In this document: positions 27,395 to 36,791 of the stretch, one piece after another | How the letters are laid out: each line of letters opens with the position of its first letter | Numbering within the stretch: position 1 is the first letter of the stretch | Assembly (NCBI GenBank): GCA_022823405.1 | Contig: JAJDXD010000116.1 | Location: 281-64,280 of the forward strand | From: Gammaproteobacteria bacterium | GTDB lineage: Bacteria > Pseudomonadota > Gammaproteobacteria > Arenicellales > JAJDZL01 | Direction: 5' to 3' | Length of the DNA: 64,000 bases | The notes under the pieces: model-generated | Seen by the model: the letters and a program-made list of their open reading frames with translations, nothing else | The model's database searches: none | Told to the model about the DNA's origin: nothing | Made by a program: the position numbers and the translations under genes

Positions 27395-29947
27395 TTAGTT
27401 CTTTGCCCTTTGCAGTTCCGGTACCAGATGGATTTCGATTCGGCGATTCGAGCGCCTGCCTCTTTCAGTTTCATTGGATTCAACAGGTCGCCGCGAACCA
27501 AACCCGACGGCTCGAAGACGATCCGCGGGTACACCCTGCTCAACCAGATAGCGAGTTGCGGCAGCCGACCTTGCCATCGATAATTCCCAGTTAGTGGGAT
27601 AGTAGGCTCGCAAATCGCCTTTGATCGGCACATTATCCGTATGCCCTTCAACACTCACTACGCGGTTGGTGAAAGATACCGTGTCAATTGAGTCGGCAAA
27701 CTCCTTCAAATCTTTTTTGCCCGCTTCTGTTAGCACTGCTGAGCCTGATTCAAACAATATGTCTGTAGAGTACTCCAAAACAGTGTAGCCGGAGAGGAGC
27801 TCAGATATTTCACTAGCCTTTTCAGCAATACTGATATCCATGGTTTCACGCAAATCACCGATCAACTGCCCTAATTGCTCATTTTCTTGAGTGATCGATT
27901 GCGCCAAGGTTTCCATATTTTCAGTTCGCCGTTCCGCAGCTTGTAATTCTGTAGTCAACGAATCCACTTTATTGGTGAGGTTGAGGAGTTCCTCTTGCAT
28001 TTCTACGTTTTGGCTGATTGAATTTGAAAGCTGCAGATCCAATTCTGCAATTCGGGATTCTGCATCGGAGAGTGCCGAGGCACTAACCTCCGTCTGGTTA
28101 AGTCTCTCCTGCAGTTCGCTAAGTCGTGCGAGCAGTTGACTGGTTCTATCAGCAAGAAGCGTTTCACTGCTATCCCCGTCTTGAGTCGAATCTGATTCTG
28201 TAGCGTCCGCCATTTGTGTCGCTGGCTCGCTTGGTGTTGAGACAGGTGGCTGTTCACCTGGATCTTCAGAGTCGACAACCAGAGCAACTGCCTGATTGAA
28301 CTTTTCGACCAATCCTTCAATAGTGCGTTCGTAGTAAGCGCGTTCACTATCGTAGCCCAATTTAAGTTCGTCAATTTGTGCAGTCAGGCGTTCGATCTCT
28401 GCTTTCGTTTGCTGCTTTTCATCATTAGCATTTTTCAGTTCCAGTTCCAAAGCAGCAATTTGGCTTACCCACACTGGAGGTTCAGGATCTGTTTGCTGCC
28501 TTTCGACATTGGTATTGCCCAGCTGCTGTTCGAGACTGGCAATTCGAGTTTGGGCAGCCGTAAACTCTGTACCCAATTGCTGCATTTCGGTCCTGGCAGC
28601 CTCCAACATCCGCTCCAGATCAGCAACTTGATCTGTCGCTTCGGAGAGTTCCGATTCCGACTGCTGCTGTTCGCTAAGAACCAATTCCAGTTCTGGTTCC
28701 AAGCCAGCAATTCTAGATTCGACAGCCGCGAGATTGGTGTCCAATTGCTGCTGTTCATTATTTGCGGACTCCAGCTCCTGCTGCAGACTGGCGACTTGAG
28801 TGGCAACGGAGGAGGATTCGGTATCCGATTGTTGACTATCGGTGCTGACGGTCTCCAATTCCTGCTCTAAACTGATGATTCGAGATTGGGTTGCCGAAAG
28901 TTCAATATCCAGACGTTGCTTTTCATTGTTGATTGTTTCCAACTCAACTTCCAGACTGGCAACTCGAGTGGTAGCTGCCGAGAGTCTGGCATCCGATTGC
29001 TGCTTTTCGCTTCTGGCGGATTCCAGTTCTTGTTCCAATGTGACGATTCGATACAGGGCGGCTGAGAGTTCAATATCCAACCGTAGCATTTCACTTCTGG
29101 TGGATTCCAGTTCCTGCTGCAGACTGGCGACTCGATTTTCGGCAGTCGGGGTTTCAGATTCCTTCGTCACAGCTGATGGTTGGGTTTCCTCAGCCATTGA
29201 AGATGAATCGACTGGTTTATCGCTAGACAGAGAATCTGTTTCTGACAACTTGGCAGCAATTCGTTCATTTGCTTCTTTGAGAGATGAGGCGAGGTGTCGA
29301 TTCAGCGCACGCTGCCGCCTGTATTGCTTGGTTGCATGTTTCAGTCTAGTGGCCAGGTAGGTCTCTCTGCCGTATGGAAAGCGGGAAATTCCTTCTTCAA
29401 CTGATACAGAAGACTGGGACTCCTCGATCATGACAGAAATTTCAGCCTTCGCCGCATCGAGTTCTCCCTTCAATTGCTCATTTAGAGCATCCATTTCTTC
29501 AGAATATGCCGTGGTGGCAGCGTTTCGTTCCCTGACTTCAGTGAGGGATAATGTCAACTGTTTATTTTGAGAGCGTTGTCGTCGCAGTTGCTTGGTAGCC
29601 TGTTCCAGCCTGGTAGCCAGGTATGTCTCGCGGCTATCCGGAAACCGGGAAATGCTTTCATCAGCTGATGTTGTTACAGCAGATTCTTCAGCCATCTCAT
29701 CACTTTCACTCAACATTCGAAGTGCAATGGTTTCCTGCAGTAAACCCTCGTGGTCAGCTTGAAGCTCATTCAATTGAGCCTGTAGTGCAGTCATATTCTG
29801 CTCCAATACAACAGTTGCCTGGTTTGCTCTCTCTAAATCTTGATCAGAACGGTTAACGACGAAAATTAAGCTTATCCAGCCAACAACTGCTGCGAGTATC
29901 AAGATGGTTAGGGCAAGCGGGTGTCTAATGAAAGATAACACAATCAA
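27395..29947 (-). CDS. Membrane-anchored coiled-coil protein with C-terminal OmpA/MotB peptidoglycan-binding domain (850 aa)
   Basis: N-terminal transmembrane helix, then hundreds of residues of heptad-rich Q/E/L sequence. C-terminal OmpA_C motif reads VEGHTDNVPI...NWELSMARSAAATRYL...NRRIEI. Confidence 0.8.
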   Translation of the reverse strand: MIVLSFIRHPLALTILILAAVVGWISLIFVVNRSDQDLERANQATVVLEQNMTALQAQLNELQADHEGLLQETIALRMLSESDEMAEESAVTTSADESISRFPDSRETYLATRLEQATKQLRRQRSQNKQLTLSLTEVRERNAATTAYSEEMDALNEQLKGELDAAKAEISVMIEESQSSVSVEEGISRFPYGRETYLATRLKHATKQYRRQRALNRHLASSLKEANERIAAKLSETDSLSSDKPVDSSSMAEETQPSAVTKESETPTAENRVASLQQELESTRSEMLRLDIELSAALYRIVTLEQELESARSEKQQSDARLSAATTRVASLEVELETINNEKQRLDIELSATQSRIISLEQELETVSTDSQQSDTESSSVATQVASLQQELESANNEQQQLDTNLAAVESRIAGLEPELELVLSEQQQSESELSEATDQVADLERMLEAARTEMQQLGTEFTAAQTRIASLEQQLGNTNVERQQTDPEPPVWVSQIAALELELKNANDEKQQTKAEIERLTAQIDELKLGYDSERAYYERTIEGLVEKFNQAVALVVDSEDPGEQPPVSTPSEPATQMADATESDSTQDGDSSETLLADRTSQLLARLSELQERLNQTEVSASALSDAESRIAELDLQLSNSISQNVEMQEELLNLTNKVDSLTTELQAAERRTENMETLAQSITQENEQLGQLIGDLRETMDISIAEKASEISELLSGYTVLEYSTDILFESGSAVLTEAGKKDLKEFADSIDTVSFTNRVVSVEGHTDNVPIKGDLRAYYPTNWELSMARSAAATRYLVEQGVPADRLRAVGFGSRRPVESNETERGRRSNRRIEIHLVPELQRAKN
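28379..29134 (-). repeat. Nine tandem 84-bp (28-aa, four-heptad) coding repeats inside the OmpA coiled-coil gene
   Basis: Protein residues 272-523 align in 28-aa register (RVASLQQELESTRSEMLRLDIELSAALY, RIVTLEQELESARSEKQQSDARLSAATT, and so on). DNA copies near 29101 and 28771, four periods apart, share about 27 of 30 nt. Confidence 0.85.
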
Positions 29948-30372
29948 ACCTCAGTCATGAAGTTCGCCTGAAATAGGGAATGGGTGCGAAATGGATGCAG
30001 AGGTAAGACCATACGCTGCTGATTATTCTGCACCCTGCAGTGTGGAAAAGTGATTTTGCGAGCCAAAAGGGGAATTAAACAATCACGTCAATTTGGGCAA
30101 ATTATAACAAGTTAGTAGGTGTTCGCAGGTGTCCGTAGATTCATGCCAAATCAATTTATTTTCTGAACTTGAGTCTGTCTTAGGAGTGTAATCCTTCCGA
30201 GTGATTCATTCAGTCATCACGAAGTCTACGTAAACGGCTGACATCACTTGATTGCCAATGCCGAACAGTCCAGCCAAGAATACGAATCCATAAATTTAAT
30301 TTAGAACATAATTCCAAATTCACTGGTCTAAACAACGATGCCCTGACCTGAACTTATTCGCGTGAAGCATAG

Positions 30373-32502
30373 ATGAAAAAGATCCTGATACTAGCAGTTA
30401 TCGCCGCTTTGCTGGTCGTTTATTTTGTATTCGACCTCGGACGATATCTTGATGTGAACCTTTTCCTGGACAACCGCGATCGAATAATTGAGTTTCGAGA
30501 TGCCTCGCCCTTGAAGAGTGCACTCATTTACTTCGCAGTTTACATCCTGATAACCGGCTTATCAGTACCAGGGGCAGCTATTGCCACACTCGTCGGGGGT
30601 GCAATTTTCGGATTGTTGTGGGGCACTGTACTGGTGTCTTTCGCCTCGGTCATTGGTGCATCCTGTGCATTCCTAGTCTCGCGGCATATTCTGCGCGATG
30701 CAATTCAAAGCCGCTACGGCGAACGGCTTCGAACGATCAACGAAGGCATTCGCAAAGATGGCGCGGTTTATCTGTTCACGCTTCGAATGGTGCCAATCTT
30801 TCCGTTTTTTATCATCAACCTGGTGATGGGACTGACCCCGATGCGGCTTCGTACCTACTTCATCGTCAGTCAGATCGGTATGCTCCCCGCTACCATTGTC
30901 TACGTTAATGCTGGAACGCAATTGGCCAAGATTGATTCGATTGGTGCAATTCTTTCACCGGCACTCGTGGCATCCTTCGTTTTGTTGGGTATCTTCCCAC
31001 TCATTTCAAAGAAATTCATCGACATCATGAAGAGTCGCAAAACCCTTAGCAAATTCAGCAAACCCAAAAAGTTCGATTTCAACACAGTCGTTATTGGTGC
31101 AGGATCCGCGGGTCTGGTGGCAGCCTATATTTCCGCTGCAGTGAAAGCCAAAGTAGCGTTGATCGAAAAGGGCAAAATGGGCGGTGACTGCCTTAACACT
31201 GGCTGTGTTCCTTCCAAGGCAATCATTCGCACCGCGAAGTTCATGTCGCACATCAAACGCAGCGAAGAGTTTGGAGTGCATACCGCAAGTGCAAAGTTTG
31301 ATTTCAAGGACATCATGAAGCGCGTGCACGGCATCATCGGCGTCATTGAGCATCACGACTCAGTCGAACGGTACACCTCACTCGGTGTCGACTGTTTTGC
31401 CGGTCATGCAACAATCGAATCACCCTACTGTGTAAACGTTAATGGCCAACGGCTGACGACTCGCAGCATCATCATTGCAACCGGTGCAGAACCGGCAGTT
31501 CCACCACTGCCCGGCATAGAGAATACCGATTTCTACACGTCGGATACGATCTGGGAAATTGAACAACTGCCTGAGCGATTACTAGTCTTGGGTGGTGGCC
31601 CAATCGGCTGTGAATTGTCCCAAGCATTTGCCCGACTCGGTTCAAGTGTAACTCAGGTTCAAAAACCACCGAGACTCATGCCGAAAGAAGATCCTGAATA
31701 CTCCCAGATTGTGCTGGATCGTTTTGTTGAAGAGGGCATTGATGTGAGACTGGAACATCAGGCAAATGAATTTGAGACTGATAACGGTCAAAAGATTCTA
31801 ATCTGCGACCATAACGGTGAAACCGTTCGGATCGAGTTTGATGTGCTCTTGATTGCGGTGGGCCGCAAGGCCAGACTTGAGGGATACGGTATCGAAGCAC
31901 TCGGAATCGATATTTCCAGCCACGGCACGATTGAGATCAATGAGTTTCTGGAAACGAACTACCCGAATATTTATGCGATCGGTGACGTTGCAGGACCTTT
32001 CCAATTTACACACTTTGGGGCACACCAAGCCACCTCGGCCGCAACCAATGCGCTACTGCGGCCTTTCTTCCGTCGCCGAGTCAACTATTCTGTCATTCCG
32101 TGGGCGACTTTCACCGATCCTGAGGTTGCGAGAGTCGGTTTAAATGAACAGGAAGCCGAGGCGCAAGGCATTGCTTTTGAAGTGACCCGCTACGACTTTA
32201 AGGACTTGTCACGAGCCATTACAGACAGTGAGGCACACGGCGAAATCAAAGTGCTGACACCACCCGGGAAAGACAAGATTTTAGGTGTAACTGTGGTTGG
32301 AGAGCATGCTGGTGACCTGATTACAGAATTCATTCTCGCTATGCAGAATGGACTGGGGCTTAACAAAATTCTCGGAACCATTCACATTTATCCGACGCTC
32401 GCGGAGTCTGCCCGGTTTGTTGCAGGAAACTGGCGTCGCAAGCAGGTCTCCGTGCGAGCTACGAATTTCCTGACCCGTTTTAACCGATGGCGGCGACGCT
32501 GA
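30373..32502 (+). CDS. Fusion protein: TVP38/TMEM64 (DedA-like) membrane domain plus FAD-dependent pyridine nucleotide-disulfide oxidoreductase
   Basis: The N-terminal ~230 aa are hydrophobic with a DedA-type pattern. This is followed by VVIGAGSAGL, the redox-active GGDCLNTGCVPSK, a second GGGPIGCE dinucleotide fold, and a C-terminal dimerisation domain. Confidence 0.8.
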   Translation: MKKILILAVIAALLVVYFVFDLGRYLDVNLFLDNRDRIIEFRDASPLKSALIYFAVYILITGLSVPGAAIATLVGGAIFGLLWGTVLVSFASVIGASCAFLVSRHILRDAIQSRYGERLRTINEGIRKDGAVYLFTLRMVPIFPFFIINLVMGLTPMRLRTYFIVSQIGMLPATIVYVNAGTQLAKIDSIGAILSPALVASFVLLGIFPLISKKFIDIMKSRKTLSKFSKPKKFDFNTVVIGAGSAGLVAAYISAAVKAKVALIEKGKMGGDCLNTGCVPSKAIIRTAKFMSHIKRSEEFGVHTASAKFDFKDIMKRVHGIIGVIEHHDSVERYTSLGVDCFAGHATIESPYCVNVNGQRLTTRSIIIATGAEPAVPPLPGIENTDFYTSDTIWEIEQLPERLLVLGGGPIGCELSQAFARLGSSVTQVQKPPRLMPKEDPEYSQIVLDRFVEEGIDVRLEHQANEFETDNGQKILICDHNGETVRIEFDVLLIAVGRKARLEGYGIEALGIDISSHGTIEINEFLETNYPNIYAIGDVAGPFQFTHFGAHQATSAATNALLRPFFRRRVNYSVIPWATFTDPEVARVGLNEQEAEAQGIAFEVTRYDFKDLSRAITDSEAHGEIKVLTPPGKDKILGVTVVGEHAGDLITEFILAMQNGLGLNKILGTIHIYPTLAESARFVAGNWRRKQVSVRATNFLTRFNRWRRR

Positions 32503-32516
32503 CGTAATCACCAAGC

Positions 32517-34295
32517 TCAGTTCTGCTCTTCCGCTTCTTTATAGACTGTGTAGAGTTGGTAATAGTGCCCCTCACGCGCCATTAGTTCCTGGTGTGTGCC
32601 GTCTTCTACAATTCGACCCTCGCTTAGCACCACAATCCGCTCAACATGCTCTATCGACGCCAACCGATGGGCAACAATGATCACCGTTCGGCCTTCGCCC
32701 AGAGCGTCCAGCGCCTTACGCACTTCAAATTCAGATTTAGTATCCAGAGAAGACGTTGCCTCATCGAAGATCAGTATGGGCGCATCCTTGATGAAGGCAC
32801 GGGCAATAGCAATCCTTTGTTTTTGTCCACCAGACAGGCGAACACCGCGTTCTCCAATTTGTGTGTCAAATCCATTTGGTAGGTTTTCGATGAAGTCTAG
32901 CGCGTAAGCGGATTTGGCTGCCTCGAGAATTTTTTTCTCCGTTGAATTTTCGATGTTTCCATAGGCAATATTGACGGCTACCGTGTCATCAAACAGGAAG
33001 ATATCCTGACTGACCAGCGCTATCTGACTGCGAATATCCGCCAGCGTATATTCGCGAATATCAACACCATCAATCAGCAGGGTACCATCCTGAATCTCAT
33101 AAAGGCGTGGAATCAGTGAAGTCAGAGTGCTCTTGCCGCTACCGGATGAACCAACCAGTGCGATGGTCTGACGAGGCTTGATGTCCAAACTGACATCATT
33201 CAGCGAACTCGCATCCGATTTTGGGTACTTGTAGGTAATGTTACTGAACTGGATCTCACCATCAACCTTCTTGTTGATCATGGAACGTTTGCCTTCGTCG
33301 ATTTCTACCTCCTGATCGATGAGGAAGAAAACCCGCTCTGACGCCGTCAGCCCGGCCTGAAGCATTTCATTGACTCGGAGCAGTTTTTTCAAAGAACTTG
33401 AAATCAGTGCCAGGGCAGCCATAAATGAAACGAAACCCCCGACGGTTAGTGGATCGTTCAGATCACGAGTTAAACTGAAGTAGACCGTACAAGCGATCAC
33501 TACCGTTGAAATAAACTCAGCAGCAGGTACTGTAATATGGCTGGCGACCGCCTGCTTCAGTTTCAGCTGCCGAACTCGGTTGGCGTAATTGTAGAGACGC
33601 TCGCGTTCATAATCCTGAGTCTGATAGAGTTTGACCAGCCGGTGATAAGCAGTCACTTCCTGCAGATGCCCCAGTAGACGCTCACCCATTTGCATAAAGT
33701 CGCGGTAGAGTCTACGCAAACGTCTGGCAATAAAGGCGACCAGCGTTGCAATCAACGGAGTTGCAATCAGCAGAATCAGACTCAAGGCCCAGTCCAGAAT
33801 AAAGATCCAAACTAGCAAGCCAAGAATGGTGAGGGATTCACGAATGATAGTGATGACCACCGTTGAAGCGGTGTCTGTTAACTGATTGACATCCGATGAG
33901 ATTCTGATGTTGATTTGGGCGGCCGAAATGTCATCGTAAAACTGGGTGGGAAACGCAATCATGCGATCAATCATTTGAGTCTGAAGGTCGTAAACGACGT
34001 AACCGAGTACCCAACTCATGCACACGCCGTGCAGGTAGCTGGCAATGCCTCGAATGGCGAAGAGAATGATCAGTATGATCGGAGTCCAGAGAATGTAGTC
34101 CGGATCACGCTGTACGAAGCTGCCGTCGAGCAGAGGTTTCATCAACACTGCGACTGCTGGCGTTGTCAGAGCGAACAGCGCAACCAGGGAAAGACCCAGA
34201 AAGAAATACCACTTGTAGACCATGACATATCTAAGCAGACGTCCGTACAGCCTGATGTCTTTAAACAAGGGAAATCTAGTGCGTTTGTTAGTCAC
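32517..34295 (-). CDS. msbA: ABC transporter permease/ATPase, MsbA-like lipid A exporter
   Basis: Six-helix transmembrane domain, Walker A GSSGSGKST, signature LSGGQKQR and Walker B ILIFDEATS. Length 592 aa. Confidence 0.7.
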   Translation of the reverse strand: MTNKRTRFPLFKDIRLYGRLLRYVMVYKWYFFLGLSLVALFALTTPAVAVLMKPLLDGSFVQRDPDYILWTPIILIILFAIRGIASYLHGVCMSWVLGYVVYDLQTQMIDRMIAFPTQFYDDISAAQINIRISSDVNQLTDTASTVVITIIRESLTILGLLVWIFILDWALSLILLIATPLIATLVAFIARRLRRLYRDFMQMGERLLGHLQEVTAYHRLVKLYQTQDYERERLYNYANRVRQLKLKQAVASHITVPAAEFISTVVIACTVYFSLTRDLNDPLTVGGFVSFMAALALISSSLKKLLRVNEMLQAGLTASERVFFLIDQEVEIDEGKRSMINKKVDGEIQFSNITYKYPKSDASSLNDVSLDIKPRQTIALVGSSGSGKSTLTSLIPRLYEIQDGTLLIDGVDIREYTLADIRSQIALVSQDIFLFDDTVAVNIAYGNIENSTEKKILEAAKSAYALDFIENLPNGFDTQIGERGVRLSGGQKQRIAIARAFIKDAPILIFDEATSSLDTKSEFEVRKALDALGEGRTVIIVAHRLASIEHVERIVVLSEGRIVEDGTHQELMAREGHYYQLYTVYKEAEEQN

Positions 34296-34509
34296 GTGAT
34301 CAGTGGAAAATAATTTGAACGGCTGTCTTTTTCAAGTTAGTACACAGGATTCGTGGGTTCATACCCGGACAATAAAGTCAGTGGAATACGGCGATCACTA
34401 GGTGGTTGATTTTTTTGTATGATCACGTTGAAGTTGACATTCAACACAGGGTATACCCGTTTCAACCGATGTGAGGCTAATATCGTAAAACTGGGGTAAC
34501 TGGAAATTG

Positions 34510-35469
34510 CTATCCGCATGGGCGGTTTTCGGAACCTAGTGTAGCATTGATTAGCTTCCTCGCTAATGCAAACTCCATTCTCCTTCGATAACAGCCATCT
34601 TTCCGGATGCCTTTAAATGGTGTCAGGAAAATATCCTGGGTTTCATTGCGGAATGTGTTCAATCTCCTATTGAGAATTTTCACCAGTAGCGGAATTTCTT
34701 CAAACCCCCCGCTGATTCTGGTGAAGAACCTTGAAGAAATTTTGATGGGATATTTGTTTATTTCTTTGACTTCGCAGAATCGAATTGAAGGCTCGCGAAC
34801 ATTATCAAATGAGATAAATCCCAACTCACCGGTCGGGTCGTTAAATCGTATTTTTTTATGTTGTGAAGGACTCGGTATCTTGCTTTCCAAGTCATCAAGG
34901 AATCCGACAAATCTTTGATCGTAGTAGATTTTGATTTGAGAACTGGGGCGATCACCGAATAGCGCCAGGCAGACAGGATTGTCTGTGTCATTGAACATCC
35001 CCCTGTCATGTAAGAGAATATAGACTGACAGCCTGTCGCGAAACAGCCCACATTGCAGAAAGCTTGCTGGAATCAGTGCCGCTACGTACCCGCAATTGAG
35101 CAGACATAGTTCAAGACAATGTTTGTATAGGTCATCATGAATGGTGTTCGGATAGTCTAATCCTCTTCTGGTCGCTGAATTTCTGGCCAACCAAGGAGGG
35201 TTTGTAATACAGATTTCAAATCCTTGTGGGAAGGATTTGATTGTATCTCTTTGCTCGACAATGCTGTCAGCCGGTTCGATATCGTAAGCGCTGAACTCTT
35301 TACAGAGCCCTGTTTTTTGTAAAGACCTTATGATGTTGTTGGACCCTGAAAAAGGTTCCAACACAGTTTTGGATGACAAAGAAATTTGTTCAGACCACTC
35401 CAGGAACGGACTCAGCGTGAACGGATTGCCTTGGGTGTAGTATTGACCTTTCGACCGTTTCTCGGCCAT
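34510..35469 (-). CDS. N6-adenine (NPPW-type, gamma-class order) DNA methyltransferase, orphan
   Basis: GQYYT near the N-terminus, SAM motif EPFSGSN and catalytic motif ITNPPW. Length 319 aa. One 60-nt sample (34801-34860) counted 21/60 GC. No adjacent ORF is large enough to encode an endonuclease. Confidence 0.7.
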   Translation of the reverse strand: MAEKRSKGQYYTQGNPFTLSPFLEWSEQISLSSKTVLEPFSGSNNIIRSLQKTGLCKEFSAYDIEPADSIVEQRDTIKSFPQGFEICITNPPWLARNSATRRGLDYPNTIHDDLYKHCLELCLLNCGYVAALIPASFLQCGLFRDRLSVYILLHDRGMFNDTDNPVCLALFGDRPSSQIKIYYDQRFVGFLDDLESKIPSPSQHKKIRFNDPTGELGFISFDNVREPSIRFCEVKEINKYPIKISSRFFTRISGGFEEIPLLVKILNRRLNTFRNETQDIFLTPFKGIRKDGCYRRRMEFALARKLINATLGSENRPCG

Positions 35470-35795
35470 TTGTAACCTACTGTATATCCTTGATACGAGT
35501 GAATAATATTACACTCGTATGCTAAATCTTTCGGCTTATTTTTCCATATCGATCTCGATCGGTCTTGGAATCAATGTCTAGAATTCATTCCCAACAATCA
35601 ATTTGCAAGCTTAATGGTGTCCACAAGATTAACTGAAAAAAGTGAATCTCTTTTGCTTGGATCGAAAAAATTGCATTAACGGATTCTGTCTTCACAATCT
35701 TCAATCTGTCAACAGTTTAGGCAACAACTTTATATAATTTGCGCTCTTTCAAACATAGGCGCATCTATAGAGGGCCAGACTTGGTCAGAGGAACA

Positions 35796-36224
35796 ATGAA
35801 GACGATTTCAGCGAAAGCCAGCGATGTGAAACGCGAATGGTATCTGATTGACGCGTCGGACAAGGTATTGGGGCGGATGGCAACTGAAATTGCAATTCGT
35901 CTGCGCGGCAAACACAAACCGATCTACACACCGCATGTTGACACAGGAGACTACGTGGTGGTAGTCAATGCCGAGAAAGTGGTCCTGACCGGAAACAAGG
36001 ATAATGCCAAAGTCTATCACCGACACTCCGGTCGACCAGGTGGTTTAACCACTGTCCCAGTCAGCACAATGCGAAAAAGGCACCCGACCCGCATCATTGA
36101 AAATGCCGTCAAAGGCATGATGCCCAAAGGTCCTCTCGGTCGAGCAATGATGTCCAAACTGAAAGTCTACGCCGGCCCGGATCAGCCACATCAGGCGCAA
36201 TCTCCGAAGCCGCTTAATTTCTAG
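35796..36224 (+). CDS. rplM: 50S ribosomal protein L13
   Basis: [20 protein letters not shown]...[13 protein letters not shown] aligns with E. coli L13. The ORF track's 5' extension (35739) is not supported by this alignment. Confidence 0.93.
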   Translation: MKTISAKASDVKREWYLIDASDKVLGRMATEIAIRLRGKHKPIYTPHVDTGDYVVVVNAEKVVLTGNKDNAKVYHRHSGRPGGLTTVPVSTMRKRHPTRIIENAVKGMMPKGPLGRAMMSKLKVYAGPDQPHQAQSPKPLNF

Positions 36225-36235
36225 AGTTAGTGATC

Positions 36236-36634
36236 ATGGCAACATCCAGCGAAACGTACTACGGAACCGGTCGAAGAAAGTCTTCAACAGCTCGAGTCTA
36301 CCTGACAAAGGGAAGCGGCAGCATCGTCGCGAACAACCGTCCAATTGAAGAATATTTCGGACGGGAAACCTCCCGAATGATTATCCGTCAACCACTTGAG
36401 CATCTTGGCATGCTGAACACAGTCGATGTGAAAGTGAACGTATCCGGCGGCGGCCAAAGCGGCCAAGCAGGCGCAATTCAACTTGGCATCGCTCGAGCAC
36501 TGGTGAATTTCGATGAAGCTAATCGACCTGCGCTGCGAAAGGGTGGATTTTTGACCCGCGACGCCCGTGAAGTTGAAAGAAAGAAAGTCGGTCTACACAA
36601 AGCAAGAAAACGACCGCAATACTCCAAACGATAG
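36236..36634 (+). CDS. rpsI: 30S ribosomal protein S9
   Basis: [14 protein letters not shown] near the N-terminus and C-terminal [11 protein letters not shown]. Follows rplM as in the conserved operon. Confidence 0.93.
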   Translation: MATSSETYYGTGRRKSSTARVYLTKGSGSIVANNRPIEEYFGRETSRMIIRQPLEHLGMLNTVDVKVNVSGGGQSGQAGAIQLGIARALVNFDEANRPALRKGGFLTRDAREVERKKVGLHKARKRPQYSKR

Positions 36635-36682
36635 TTGCTAATACAGTAGCACTGCGGTTTTATCGTTAGGGGTTCCAGTTAC

Positions 36683-36756
36683 TGGGGAATCGTCTAACGG
36701 CAGGACAACGGACTCTGACTCCGTCAATCTAGGTTCGAATCCTAGTTCCCCAGCCA
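36683..36756 (+). tRNA. tRNA-Gln (anticodon CUG)
   Basis: Acceptor stem TGGGGAA/TTCCCCA, anticodon loop CTCTGAC, T-arm GGTTCGAATCC and an encoded CCA. Close to E. coli tRNA-Gln. Confidence 0.9.
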
Positions 36757-36791
36757 CTCCTTGGCCATTCAACTAATTGCTGAATCCAGAT

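Noticed and set aside
28379-29134. A regularly spaced direct-repeat array that could be mistaken for CRISPR
   Set aside because: The units are contiguous 84-bp coding repeats with no unique spacers, they lie in frame within a long ORF, and there are no cas genes.
28376-29360. Long ORFs on the plus strand and in other minus frames (164, 172, 113, 123 and 75 aa) across the repeat region
   Set aside because: They lie entirely within the 850-aa OmpA coiled-coil gene. They arise because the 84-bp repeats are stop-poor in several frames, and they have low-complexity translations.
35739-35795. The upstream extension of rplM given in the ORF track
   Set aside because: Alignment with E. coli L13 starts exactly at MKTISAK (ATG 35796). 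The extension is likely 5' UTR.
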